Shown here in pieces: positions 25,584 to 35,092 of a stretch of 64,000 nt of DNA (positions are counted from its first letter, which is position 1; each line of letters starts with the position of its first letter). Source of the DNA: Sphingopyxis sp. Its GTDB lineage: Bacteria; Pseudomonadota; Alphaproteobacteria; Sphingomonadales; Sphingomonadaceae. Made by a program: the position numbers and the translations under genes. The stretch covers positions 65,701-129,700 of the forward strand of contig JAIXHQ010000001.1 of the NCBI GenBank assembly GCA_030145715.1, given 5' to 3'. The notes under the pieces are model-generated. The model ran no database searches and was not told where the DNA came from. It worked only from the letters and a program-made list of their open reading frames with translations.

Positions 25584-27695
25584 TCATCCCGCCGCCTTTT
25601 TCGCCTGTCGATAAGCGTGGAGCAGCGGTTCGGTATAGCCCGACGGCTGGGTCACGCCTTCAAAGATCAGCGCGCGCGCGGCGCGATAGGCGATCCCGTC
25701 CGGCGTCAGTTTTTCATACAGCGGATCGCCCGCATTCTGCGCATCGACCTTTGCCGCCATGCGCGTCAGCGCGGCATCGACCTGCGCCTCTGTGCAGACG
25801 CCGTGGGCCAGCCAGTTGGCGAGCGCCTGGCTGGCGATGCGCAATGTCGCGCGGTCCTCCATCAGGCCGACGTCGTCGATGTCGGGCACTTTCGAACAGC
25901 CGACCCCCTGGTCGATCCAGCGCACGACATATCCCAGGATGCCCTGGCAATTATTGTCGAGTTCGCGGGTGATTTCGGCCTCGCTCCAATTGCGCCCGGT
26001 GGCGACCGGGATGTCGAGCAGCCGGTCGAGCGAGGGCACCGCCTCGCCCGCGATCTCGCGCTGGCGGGCGAACACATCGACGGCATGATAATGCAGCGCG
26101 TGCAGCGTCGCGGCGGTCGGCGACGGCACCCATGCGGTGTTCGCGCCCGATTTCGGATGGCCGATCTTCGCGTCGATCATCGCGCGCATCAGGTCGGGCA
26201 TCGCCCACATGCCCTTGCCGATCTGGGCCTTGCCCGACAGGCCGCAGGCCAGCCCGATGCGAACGTTGCGATCCTCATAGCTGGCGATCCAGTCGCTCGC
26301 CTTCATCTCGCCCTTCGGGATCATCGGCCCGGCGCGCATCGACGTGTGGATTTCGTCGCCGGTGCGGTCGAGAAAGCCGGTGTTGATGAACACGATGCGA
26401 TCCCTCACCGCATGGATGCACGCGGCAAGATTGGCGCTCGTCCGCCGCTCCTCGTCCATCACCCCGACCTTGATCGTGTGACGCGACAGGCCCAGTATAT
26501 CCTCCACCGCGTCGAACAGCCGGTCGGTAAAGCCGCATTCTTCCGGCCCATGCTGCTTCGGCTTGACGATATAGATGCTGCCGCCGTCCGGACCGCCGGA
26601 CCGGCTGTTCTTCAGCCTGCCAAGCCCTTTGAGGTCATGAAGCGCGCAGAGGCTGGTGATGACGGCATCGCAAAGCCCCTCGGGCGCTTCGGCACCGTTC
26701 GGCAAACGGATCATCGGCGTCGTCATCAGATGGCCGACGTTGCGCACGAACATCACGCTGCGGCCGGGCAGCGTAAAGGCCTCATTCGACGGCGACGTCC
26801 ATTCGCGGTCGGCCTCCATCACGCGTGTCACCGTCGCGCCGCCCTTGGCAAAACTTTCGGTAAGGTCGCCGCGCATCAGGCCAAGCCAGTTTGCATAGCC
26901 CAGCACCTTGTCCTCGCCATCCACGGCGGCGACGCTGTCCTCTAGGTCGATGATCGTCGTCAGCGCGGATTCGATCAGAACGTCGGCGATACCCGCCGGA
27001 TCGGTGCTGCCGATCGCGCTATCGGGATCGATCGCCAGTTCGATGTGCAGGCCATTATGCCTGAACAGCATCGCGCCCGGCTTGCTGCCCACCCATTGCG
27101 ACGGATCGGCGAGTTCGGCCGCTCCGCCCTGCCAGTCGGCCCAGCGTCCCGACGCCAGCGGCACCGCCGCGTCCAGAAATGCCTTGGCGCGCGCGATCAC
27201 CGCCGCGCCGCGATCGGCATCATAGCCGCCGGGCCTGGCGGGCGGGGCGTCGAGCGCATCGGTGCCGTAAAAGGCATCGTAAAGGCTGCCCCAGCGCGCA
27301 TTGGCGGCGTTCAGCGCAAAGCGGGCGTTCAGCGCGGGCACGACGAGCTGCGGCCCCGCCATCGTCGCGATCTCGGGATCGACATATTGCGTGCCGACCT
27401 GAAATGGCGCGGGTTCGGCGACAAGATAGCCGATCTCGCGAAGAAACGCCTGATAGGCTTGCGGGTCGTGCGCCTGTCCCAAGCGCGCGTCGTGCCAGTC
27501 GTCGATCTGCGCCTGCAAATCCTCGCGCTTTGTCAGCAAGGCCGCGTTTTCGGGCGCGAAGGCGCCGAGCAGCGCCGCGAAATCCGCCCAGAATCTCTGC
27601 GGTTCGACCCCGGTGCCCGGAAGCGCCCTGTCTTCGAGGAAAGCAACAAGACGCGAATCGACGGAAAGGCCGTTGCGGTCGAGAAAATCGGTCAT
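25584..27695 (-). CDS. glcB: Malate synthase G
   Basis: [63 protein letters not shown]. Confidence 0.97.
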   Translation of the reverse strand: MTDFLDRNGLSVDSRLVAFLEDRALPGTGVEPQRFWADFAALLGAFAPENAALLTKREDLQAQIDDWHDARLGQAHDPQAYQAFLREIGYLVAEPAPFQVGTQYVDPEIATMAGPQLVVPALNARFALNAANARWGSLYDAFYGTDALDAPPARPGGYDADRGAAVIARAKAFLDAAVPLASGRWADWQGGAAELADPSQWVGSKPGAMLFRHNGLHIELAIDPDSAIGSTDPAGIADVLIESALTTIIDLEDSVAAVDGEDKVLGYANWLGLMRGDLTESFAKGGATVTRVMEADREWTSPSNEAFTLPGRSVMFVRNVGHLMTTPMIRLPNGAEAPEGLCDAVITSLCALHDLKGLGRLKNSRSGGPDGGSIYIVKPKQHGPEECGFTDRLFDAVEDILGLSRHTIKVGVMDEERRTSANLAACIHAVRDRIVFINTGFLDRTGDEIHTSMRAGPMIPKGEMKASDWIASYEDRNVRIGLACGLSGKAQIGKGMWAMPDLMRAMIDAKIGHPKSGANTAWVPSPTAATLHALHYHAVDVFARQREIAGEAVPSLDRLLDIPVATGRNWSEAEITRELDNNCQGILGYVVRWIDQGVGCSKVPDIDDVGLMEDRATLRIASQALANWLAHGVCTEAQVDAALTRMAAKVDAQNAGDPLYEKLTPDGIAYRAARALIFEGVTQPSGYTEPLLHAYRQAKKAAG

Positions 27696-27819
27696 CAAGG
27701 CACCCTTTGGTCAGCGCGATTGCGCCGGTTGATCCGGGGAGGAAAGGGTCGCTGCCCTATGCCGCGATTGGTTTCGCTTGGCAATGGATGCTTTCCAAGC
27801 GGCGGCGTATAGCTTATGC

Positions 27820-27831
27820 TGCATCGCACAA
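27820..27831 (+). promoter_or_regulatory. TGC-N3-GCA box (PhaR-like) between glcB and the WYL-like gene
   Basis: TGCATCGCACAA; same motif as in the polysaccharide cluster promoters. Confidence 0.5.
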
Positions 27832-27866
27832 CATAATAATCCTCCCCAAGAACGATCCAGGACATC

Positions 27867-28166
27867 ATGGACGACACCCGATTGAAACTGATGGAAGCCA
27901 TCGCGCGAAAGCGGAAGGTGACGGCGCAATATAATGGTCAGATCCTGACGCTGGCGCCGCATCTGCTGTTCGAACGGCACGGCGACCTGTTCGTCAGCGC
28001 ACTGAATTTGAACAAGAGCTGGCGGTCAGACGAAAATCCACGGCTCGGCCATTTCAAGCTCGACGGGCTGGCGTCGGTGACGCTGATCGAAGAGGAGTTC
28101 GATCCCCTGCCCGATTTCGAACCGTCCCCCCCGCGTGAGGAAGACACGCCGCTGCTGGCGGTTTAG
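27867..28166 (+). CDS. Small stand-alone WYL-like domain protein
   Basis: EAIARKRKVTAQY...LAPHLL...LFVSA...FKLDGL resembles the WYL core (AI...v...Y...P..L....YL.A...F.LDRI). AGGA RBS. Confidence 0.65.
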   Translation: MDDTRLKLMEAIARKRKVTAQYNGQILTLAPHLLFERHGDLFVSALNLNKSWRSDENPRLGHFKLDGLASVTLIEEEFDPLPDFEPSPPREEDTPLLAV

Positions 28167-28199
28167 GGATTTTGGGGATTCAGGATTCCCACAATCCCT
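28165..28199. terminator. Imperfect hairpin between the convergent WYL-like and GGDEF genes
   Basis: AGGGATT...TGGG...CCCA...AATCCCT inverted repeat. Confidence 0.45.
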
Positions 28200-28203
28200 G
28201 GGA

Positions 28204-29418
28204 TCAGGCAACGTCCCGCGCCGACAGGGTCTGCGGTTCATCCTGTTCCGGCAGGACGGGCAATTCGCTCAGCGCCACGCGAACCTGATTACGCCCGCCC
28301 GCCTTTGCGCTGTACAGCGCGGCGTCGGCGCGGCGCGACAATTCGAACAGCGAATTATCATCGCTTCGCTGCGCGACGCCAAAGGATGCGGTAAAACTGC
28401 GGTCGATGCCCAAAACGGGCAACAGCGTCGATGCAAAGGCCTTGCGCACCGTTTCGGCATAGAAACGCCCGTCGGACAACAGCGCGTCGGGCAGCAGCAC
28501 GGCAAATTCCTCGCCCCCGACCCGGCCGACGATCGCCTTGGCGGGTGCCGCTTCGACCAGCATCGCCGCGAAATGCGCGATCACCCCGTCGCCGGCGGCA
28601 TGGCCGAAATTGTCGTTGATCTTTTTGAATTCGTCCAGGTCGGCGGCGATCAGCACCGCGCCTTCGCCGCCGCGCAGCAGCGCAATTTCGGCATGATGTT
28701 CAAAGCCGCGCCGGTTGAGCACGCTGGACAGCGGATCGGTTTCCGAACGCATCACCATTTCCGCGGTCGTGTCGCGCATCATGACGAGCAACATCACCAG
28801 CGCGATCGCCATCAGCATGACGACGCTGCCGCTCTGCGAAATCGCGGCATAGGTGGTCGCCATATAGCCCTGCGGCGAACTCGCCGTCCCGATCGCCGCC
28901 GCGACGAACGGTTTGGCGACATAAATCGCCGCCGAGACGGCTTGTAGCACGACCAGCAGCAGATCCAGCGCCTGGCGGCGTCCCGATCGCCAGATCACCA
29001 GCCCCAGCAAGCCCTGCATCGCGAAATAGGGAAGCTGGTAAAGGACAAGCCGGGGCATCGAACCATAGGTCAGGCTGAAGATCAGCGGCACGGCGACGAT
29101 CGTGGCGATCCAGATCGCGGCCATCGCGATCCATGGCGGGCGCACGCGATAATGATGGGCAACCCCGATCATCGCAAAGCTGAGCGCCAACAGGAACACC
29201 AGGAAAATGCCGATGCTGACCGGGGTTGCATCGACCAGTTGCGCCAAAAGAAATTCAAGACCGACGTAGATGATTCCGATGCCATAACCCGCCGCGAGCC
29301 ACCATGCGCCGCGCGCGGTGCGGTTGGTTGCGGCGACCACGGCAAAGGCCACGGCAAAAATGCCGGCCACGGACATGTTAATGCCCAGCACAAAGGCAGC
29401 AGTCATCGTCCCACTCAT
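28204..29418 (-). CDS. Membrane-bound diguanylate cyclase
   Basis: About 7 N-terminal TM helices; DLDEFKKINDNFGHAAGD, RVGGEEF, ADAALYSAK.GRN. Confidence 0.93.
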   Translation of the reverse strand: MSGTMTAAFVLGINMSVAGIFAVAFAVVAATNRTARGAWWLAAGYGIGIIYVGLEFLLAQLVDATPVSIGIFLVFLLALSFAMIGVAHHYRVRPPWIAMAAIWIATIVAVPLIFSLTYGSMPRLVLYQLPYFAMQGLLGLVIWRSGRRQALDLLLVVLQAVSAAIYVAKPFVAAAIGTASSPQGYMATTYAAISQSGSVVMLMAIALVMLLVMMRDTTAEMVMRSETDPLSSVLNRRGFEHHAEIALLRGGEGAVLIAADLDEFKKINDNFGHAAGDGVIAHFAAMLVEAAPAKAIVGRVGGEEFAVLLPDALLSDGRFYAETVRKAFASTLLPVLGIDRSFTASFGVAQRSDDNSLFELSRRADAALYSAKAGGRNQVRVALSELPVLPEQDEPQTLSARDVA

Positions 29419-29593
29419 CGTCCGGCACCGTAGCGAGCCTGTCGCGAAATTTCAGTTAACGCCTTGCGATTTTTGGCGGCAGCCGCGCGCTCTGATGCGG
29501 ATATGCGACGACGGCCAGTGATTTACCGTGTCGCCGCGACAAAATGCCGTGGCGGGGGTGCCAAAGCCCCTCGCCGCCCGCTATAGCCGCTCG

Positions 29594-30805
29594 ATGGCCA
29601 GTCTGACCGCCACCGAAACAGCCCCGCTGGAACGCGCCGCCGATGCCCCGATGCTCGCGCAAGTGGAAAAATGGGCCGCGATCAACAGCGGCACCGGCAA
29701 TCTTGCGGGATTGAAGCATGTCGCGGGGGAACTGGCCGACGCCTTTGCGGTGCTGCCCGGCGATGTCGAGCTGGTCCCCGCCGATCCGGTCAAGAGCGTC
29801 GATAGCGCGGGCGGCGTCAACATGATCCGGCGCGGTGACCATCTGCATGTCCGGGTGCGCCCGGACGCGCCGGTGCAACTGCTGCTGACCGGCCATATGG
29901 ACACGGTATTTGCCGCCGACCATCCGTTTCAGACGCTGAAATGGCTGGACGACGGCATCCTCAACGGGCCGGGCACCGCCGACATGAAAGCGGGGATTTC
30001 GGTCATGCTGGCCGCGCTGACCGCGCTGGAGGCCTCACCCGTCGCGGCGCGCGTCGGTTATGACGTGATGATCAACAGCGACGAGGAAACGGGCAGCCAG
30101 GCGTCGGCGGCGCTGATCGCGGACCTTGCAAAGGGCAAGGCGGCGGCGCTGACCTATGAACCCGCGCTGCCCGACGGCACGCTGGCCGGGGCGCGGCCGG
30201 GAAGCGGCAATTTCTCGATCGTCGTCCATGGCCGTGCCGCCCACGCCGGGCGCAATCCACAGGACGGGCGCAACGCCTTGCTTGCCGCCGCCGACCTCGC
30301 GCTTCGGCTCGGCGCGCTGAAATCCGACACGCTAAAGGTCAATCCGGCAAAGATCGACGGCGGCGGGCCCAATAATATCGTGCCGGACAGCGCGATCCTG
30401 CGCGTCAACATGCGCCCGTCGACCCCCGATGCCATGGCCGCCGCCCAGGCCGCGCTGCGCGATGCCATCGCGGCCATATCGCGCGACCATGACGTGCATT
30501 GCCATGTCCATGGCGGTTTCAATCGCCCGCCCAAGCCGCTCGACGCGGCGGCGACGCGGCTGTTCGAACTGGTACGCGACTGCGGTGCCGCGCTGGGATT
30601 GCCGCCAATCGCCTGGAATGCGACCGGCGGGGTGTGCGACGGCAACAATATCGCGGCGTGCGGCGTACCGGTGGTCGATACGATGGGCCCGCGCGGCGGC
30701 GCGATCCATTCGTCGGACGAATTTCTGATCGTCGACAGCCTGCCCGAACGGGCGCAACTGTCGGCGCTCACCTTGATAAGAATAGCGGAACGGGGGACTG
30801 TGTGA
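29594..30805 (+). CDS. M20-family amidohydrolase (succinyl/acetyl-amino-acid desuccinylase/deacetylase-like)
   Basis: GHMDTVF, GPGTADMKAG, DEETGS, AAHAGR, GGVCDGN, IHS..E. First gene of the ast operon. Confidence 0.85.
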   Translation: MASLTATETAPLERAADAPMLAQVEKWAAINSGTGNLAGLKHVAGELADAFAVLPGDVELVPADPVKSVDSAGGVNMIRRGDHLHVRVRPDAPVQLLLTGHMDTVFAADHPFQTLKWLDDGILNGPGTADMKAGISVMLAALTALEASPVAARVGYDVMINSDEETGSQASAALIADLAKGKAAALTYEPALPDGTLAGARPGSGNFSIVVHGRAAHAGRNPQDGRNALLAAADLALRLGALKSDTLKVNPAKIDGGGPNNIVPDSAILRVNMRPSTPDAMAAAQAALRDAIAAISRDHDVHCHVHGGFNRPPKPLDAAATRLFELVRDCGAALGLPPIAWNATGGVCDGNNIAACGVPVVDTMGPRGGAIHSSDEFLIVDSLPERAQLSALTLIRIAERGTV

Positions 30806-31803
30806 ATTATGTGATCCGGGCGGCCAAGCCAGGCGATCTGCAAAGCATTTACGAGATGGCAAAGCTGACCGGCGGGGGCTTTACCAACCTGCCCCCCGAC
30901 AAGGCGGCGCTGAGCGCCAAGCTCGACCGCGTCGCCGCCTCGTTCGCGAGCGACAAGGAATATCCGTCGGACGAAACTTACCTGCTTGTTCTGGAAGACA
31001 CCGAAAGCGGCGACGTGCGCGGCACCTGCCAGATTTTCGGGCAGGTCGGCCAACGCTGGCCCTTTTATTCCTATCGCATCGGGACCGACAGCAAGCACAG
31101 CGAACAGCTTGACCGGACCTTTCATGCGCAGGTGCTGATGCTCAGCAACGACCTGAATGGCGCGAGCGAGGTCGGCGGCCTGTTCCTGCACCCCGCGGCG
31201 CGCGCCGGGGGGCTGGGTCTGCTGCTCGCCCGTTCGCGTTACCTGTTCATCGCGCGGCACCGCGCGCGCTTTGGCGACCGCATCCTCGCCGAACTGCGCG
31301 GCGTGATCGACGAAGCCGGCGGATCGCCCTTTTGGGACGGGGTCGCGGGCAAATTCTTTGGCATGAATTTTCAGGAGGCCGACCATTTCAACGCCGTCCA
31401 TGGCAACCAGTTCATCGCCGACCTGATGCCCAAGCATCCCGTCTATATCGCGATGCTGGGCGACCATGCGCGCAGCGTCATCGGCGTCCCGCACCCGACC
31501 GGGCGCGCGGCGATGCGGATGCTGGAAAACGAAGGTTTCGCGTTCGAAAACTATGTCGACATCTTTGACGGCGGCCCGACGATGAGCGCCCGCACCGATC
31601 AGGTGGCAAGTGTGCGCGACGCAAAGCATGTCGATGTTTCTGGCATCGCCGAAACCGGCGAGGATGCGCTGATCGCCACGGGGCGACTCGCCGATTTCCG
31701 CTGCTGTTTCGGCAAGGTCGGCGACGGCGCGACGATCGACAGCGAAGCCGCCAAATTGCTGGGCGTCGGCAAGGGCGGCGACATAAGCTGGATCGGCCGC
31801 TGA
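30802..31803 (+). CDS. astA: Arginine N-succinyltransferase
   Basis: GGGFTNLP, SEVGGLFL, AELRGVIDEAGGSPFW, DIFDGGPT. GTG start overlaps the upstream stop. Confidence 0.93.
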   Translation: MNYVIRAAKPGDLQSIYEMAKLTGGGFTNLPPDKAALSAKLDRVAASFASDKEYPSDETYLLVLEDTESGDVRGTCQIFGQVGQRWPFYSYRIGTDSKHSEQLDRTFHAQVLMLSNDLNGASEVGGLFLHPAARAGGLGLLLARSRYLFIARHRARFGDRILAELRGVIDEAGGSPFWDGVAGKFFGMNFQEADHFNAVHGNQFIADLMPKHPVYIAMLGDHARSVIGVPHPTGRAAMRMLENEGFAFENYVDIFDGGPTMSARTDQVASVRDAKHVDVSGIAETGEDALIATGRLADFRCCFGKVGDGATIDSEAAKLLGVGKGGDISWIGR

Positions 31804-33053
31804 TGCTCACCGAAATCAATTTCGACGGGATCATCGGTCCCAGCCATAATTATGCGGGGCTCAGCCGCGGCAATATCGCGTCCGCATCGAACGCGGGCGA
31901 CGTGTCGCAACCGCGCGCCGCCGCCTTGCAGGGCATCGACAAGATGCGCCACAATCTCGCGCTCGGGCTGCCACAGGGTTTCTTCATGCCGCTCGACCGG
32001 CCCGACGCGCCGTGGCTGGCGACGCTCGGCACGACGCCCGATGATGCAGAGGGGCATCTGCGCGCACAGGCCTGGTCGGCGTCGTCGATGTGGGCCGCCA
32101 ATGCCGCCACCGTGTCGCCCGCGCCCGACAGCGCCGACGGCCAATGCCATCTGACCGTCGCCAACCTTGTCACCATGCCGCATCGCAGCCACGAATGGCC
32201 GGGCACGTTGGCGCAGCTTCGCCTTGCCTTCGCCCATCCCGCCTTTGCCGTCCATGCCCCGATCCCGGCACCCTTTGGCGACGAGGGCGCGGCGAACCAT
32301 ATGCGGCTGTGCAGCGGCCATGACGGCGCCGGCGTCGAAATCTTTGTCTATGGCGTCGGCGGCGGACGCTTTCCCGCGCGCCAGCATCTGGATGCGTCAA
32401 GGGCGATCGCCCGCCACCACCGGCTGGACCCGGCGCGCACCTTGTTCATCCGCCAGTCGGACACGGCGATCCAGGGCGGCGCATTCCACAATGACGTCGT
32501 CGCGGTCGCGAATGAACATGTGCTGTTCACCCATGAAACCGCCTTTGAAAATCGCGAAGAGGCACATGGCCAGATCCGCGCCGCCTTTCCCGATGTCGAA
32601 ATCGTCGAAGTGCCCGCCAACGCGGTAAGCCTGCCCGATGCGATCAAATCCTATCTGTTCAACGCCCAGCTTGTCAGCCTGCCCGATGGCGGCGGCATGG
32701 GGCTGGTGCTGCCGACCGAGGCACAGGACACCCCCGCCGTGTGGAACTGGCTGACGGCGCATGTCGCGGGCAACGGGCCGATCCGCCGCCTGCTGCCCGT
32801 CAATGTCCGCCAGTCGATGGCGAACGGCGGCGGGCCCGCCTGTCTGCGGCTGCGCGTCGTCGCCGATCCCGCGACGATCGATCCGCGTTTCATGGCGGAC
32901 GAGGCAAAGCTCGACCGGATCGCCGCCGTCGTCGCCGCCCTTTGGCCCGATGCGATCGCGCCCGGCGACCTTGCCTCGGCGGCACTGGTCAGGGACGTGC
33001 GCGCGGCCCGCGCGGCGCTGCTCGATGCACTCGGCCTCAGCGAACTCGGCTGA
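31803..33053 (+). CDS. astB: N-succinylarginine dihydrolase
   Basis: EINFDGIIGPSHNYAGLS.GN, SASSMWAANAATVSP, DEGAANH, FHNDV, SMANGGGPACLRLRV. Confidence 0.96.
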   Translation: MLTEINFDGIIGPSHNYAGLSRGNIASASNAGDVSQPRAAALQGIDKMRHNLALGLPQGFFMPLDRPDAPWLATLGTTPDDAEGHLRAQAWSASSMWAANAATVSPAPDSADGQCHLTVANLVTMPHRSHEWPGTLAQLRLAFAHPAFAVHAPIPAPFGDEGAANHMRLCSGHDGAGVEIFVYGVGGGRFPARQHLDASRAIARHHRLDPARTLFIRQSDTAIQGGAFHNDVVAVANEHVLFTHETAFENREEAHGQIRAAFPDVEIVEVPANAVSLPDAIKSYLFNAQLVSLPDGGGMGLVLPTEAQDTPAVWNWLTAHVAGNGPIRRLLPVNVRQSMANGGGPACLRLRVVADPATIDPRFMADEAKLDRIAAVVAALWPDAIAPGDLASAALVRDVRAARAALLDALGLSELG

Positions 33054-33059
33054 CGGCAC

Positions 33060-33728
33060 GTGCAGCGTCGCGAACTGATCGACACGGCAGCGGTGCCGGG
33101 CGGCGACGAACTGCGCCTGTATCGGCGCGGGGATGATTTCATCATCGCGATCGGCGGCAATGAATTGATGAACAGCCGGATGAGCGGGTCGGAAGAGGCG
33201 CTTGCCGTGATGAGCTGCGACCGCCTGGCCGACAGCCATGCCGCGCATCTGCTGATCGGCGGCTATGGCATGGGGTTCACCCTGCGCGCCGCACTCGCCG
33301 CGCTGGGTCCGGAAGCCCGGATAACCGTGGCGGAGCTGGTTCCCGCCATCCTCGATTGGGCGCGCGGGCCGATGGCCGACCTGTCCGCCAACTGCCTGGA
33401 CGACGCGCGGGTCGATGCCGTCGTCGGCGACGTGGCGGCGGCGATCGCAGAGGGTGGGGGCCGATATGACGCGATCCTGCTGGACGTCGACAACGGCCCC
33501 GACGGACTGACCCGCCCCGCGAACGACCGTATCTATTCGCCCGCGGGGCTGGAGGTCGCAAAGGCGGCGCTGCGGCCCGGCGGCATCCTGGCAATATGGT
33601 CGGCAGCGCCCGACGCGCGCTTTACCCGCCGGCTGATCGCATCGGGCTTTCGCGTCGAAGAGGTGACGGTGCGGGCGCGGGCGAATGGCAAGGGCGCGCG
33701 GCATACCATCTGGTTCGCCCGCCGCTGA
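33060..33728 (+). CDS. Spermidine synthase-like SAM-dependent methyltransferase
   Basis: ELMNSR..GSE..LA, LIGGYGMGFTL, LLDVDNGPDG. Confidence 0.85.
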   Translation: MQRRELIDTAAVPGGDELRLYRRGDDFIIAIGGNELMNSRMSGSEEALAVMSCDRLADSHAAHLLIGGYGMGFTLRAALAALGPEARITVAELVPAILDWARGPMADLSANCLDDARVDAVVGDVAAAIAEGGGRYDAILLDVDNGPDGLTRPANDRIYSPAGLEVAKAALRPGGILAIWSAAPDARFTRRLIASGFRVEEVTVRARANGKGARHTIWFARR

Positions 33729-33733
33729 CAGGT

Positions 33734-35080
33734 TCAGGCTGTTTGGGCACGAACGGCGGCGGCGGCCGCCCCCAACTCGCTTCGTCGCCGCGCGGCGTGG
33801 ACCGTATATCCGCACAGCAGCCCGTAAAAGGCCAGCCCTTCGACCTGCCAAAAGGGCATCGTCGCCATGTTGAGCAGGAAAAAGGCGAAATGCGCCGCGA
33901 TCAGTTTCAACCGCTCGCCCCGCGCCATCACCGCCGCCGCGAACATCGTCGTCCATAACGCCGCGATCGCCGCAAGGCCCAGCCAGCCGAGTTCATACAG
34001 CGTCGCCACCACCGTATTGTGCGGATAGACTTTGAACACGCCCTCCCAGCTTTCAGGCCCCAGCCCGATCAAATGCTGAAGCGGGGTGCCGTCGGCCCAC
34101 GCATAGATATAGCTGCTCCAGATCAGCGGACGGCCCGACATCACCTGTCGTTCCAGCAGGTCGAAATCGCGCGGCGGTTTTATCAGCGCGGCGGGGTCCG
34201 ACAGAAAGGCGGCAAGGTCGGCGAAACTTTCGCGATAGAATAGCGCGGCGACCGACGCGATCAGCAGCCCCCCCACCATCGCCGTGACCGCCATCGGCGC
34301 GCGCTGGTCGCGCCTGACGCTCATCGTCAGCCCGCTCAGGAACACCGCCAGGGCGAGCGGCGCGAACGCCAGGATCGTGGTGCGATAACCCGCGAGCAGG
34401 ATGCCGATCAATGTGGCCGCCAGAAAGGCCAGCCGCACCCCGCGCGGCGCCGACCGGGCGAAACAGCCGACCATGAACCCCGTCATCATCGCGACCGAAA
34501 AGGCCGCTTCATGATTATATCCGCCGATCCAGACCAGCCCGTCGCCGGCCTCCGACCCCTTGGGCAGGTTCAGCGCCAGCGACAGAAATTGAAAGACGAT
34601 GAGCGGCAGAAAGGCCACCATCGCCCATGTCATGAAGCGCGCTTCGGGGTCGACGCGCAGCGCCTGAAAAACGGCGAGCATGATGACGATCATATAGGCA
34701 TATTTGACCCCGGCGTTGATGCCGCCGGTCGGATCGCCGTTCAGGGCGGCGCTGACGAGCGCCAGCGCGACAAGCGCATAGACCGGCAACAGCCATTTGA
34801 GCGCCAGATTGGCCGGTCGCACGACAAAGAGCAGGCCAAAGCCCGTCACCCCGATCGACAGCAGCGCATTTCCCGACAAACCGCCCGCCAGCGGCTGGAA
34901 CATATAGAGATGGTATGCGCCCGCGGTGTAGCGCATCCACAGCGCCACCACCACGAACGCCCCGGCCATGCTGCCCGCCCGCCGCGCCGCGACGACCAGC
35001 GCCACCAGCAGCAACGCCGTGACGGGCAACAGGACGCCCAGCCCAAAGGCCGGTCCAAAGGATTGCGCCCCGGCGGTCAA
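33734..35080 (-). CDS. Wzy polymerase / O-antigen ligase family membrane protein
   Basis: Multi-TM; RTTILA, SGR..IW, G.G, PHN...LYELGWLG. Confidence 0.8.
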   Translation of the reverse strand: MTAGAQSFGPAFGLGVLLPVTALLLVALVVAARRAGSMAGAFVVVALWMRYTAGAYHLYMFQPLAGGLSGNALLSIGVTGFGLLFVVRPANLALKWLLPVYALVALALVSAALNGDPTGGINAGVKYAYMIVIMLAVFQALRVDPEARFMTWAMVAFLPLIVFQFLSLALNLPKGSEAGDGLVWIGGYNHEAAFSVAMMTGFMVGCFARSAPRGVRLAFLAATLIGILLAGYRTTILAFAPLALAVFLSGLTMSVRRDQRAPMAVTAMVGGLLIASVAALFYRESFADLAAFLSDPAALIKPPRDFDLLERQVMSGRPLIWSSYIYAWADGTPLQHLIGLGPESWEGVFKVYPHNTVVATLYELGWLGLAAIAALWTTMFAAAVMARGERLKLIAAHFAFFLLNMATMPFWQVEGLAFYGLLCGYTVHAARRRSELGAAAAAVRAQTA

Positions 35081-35092
35081 CGTCCCGCCCGA

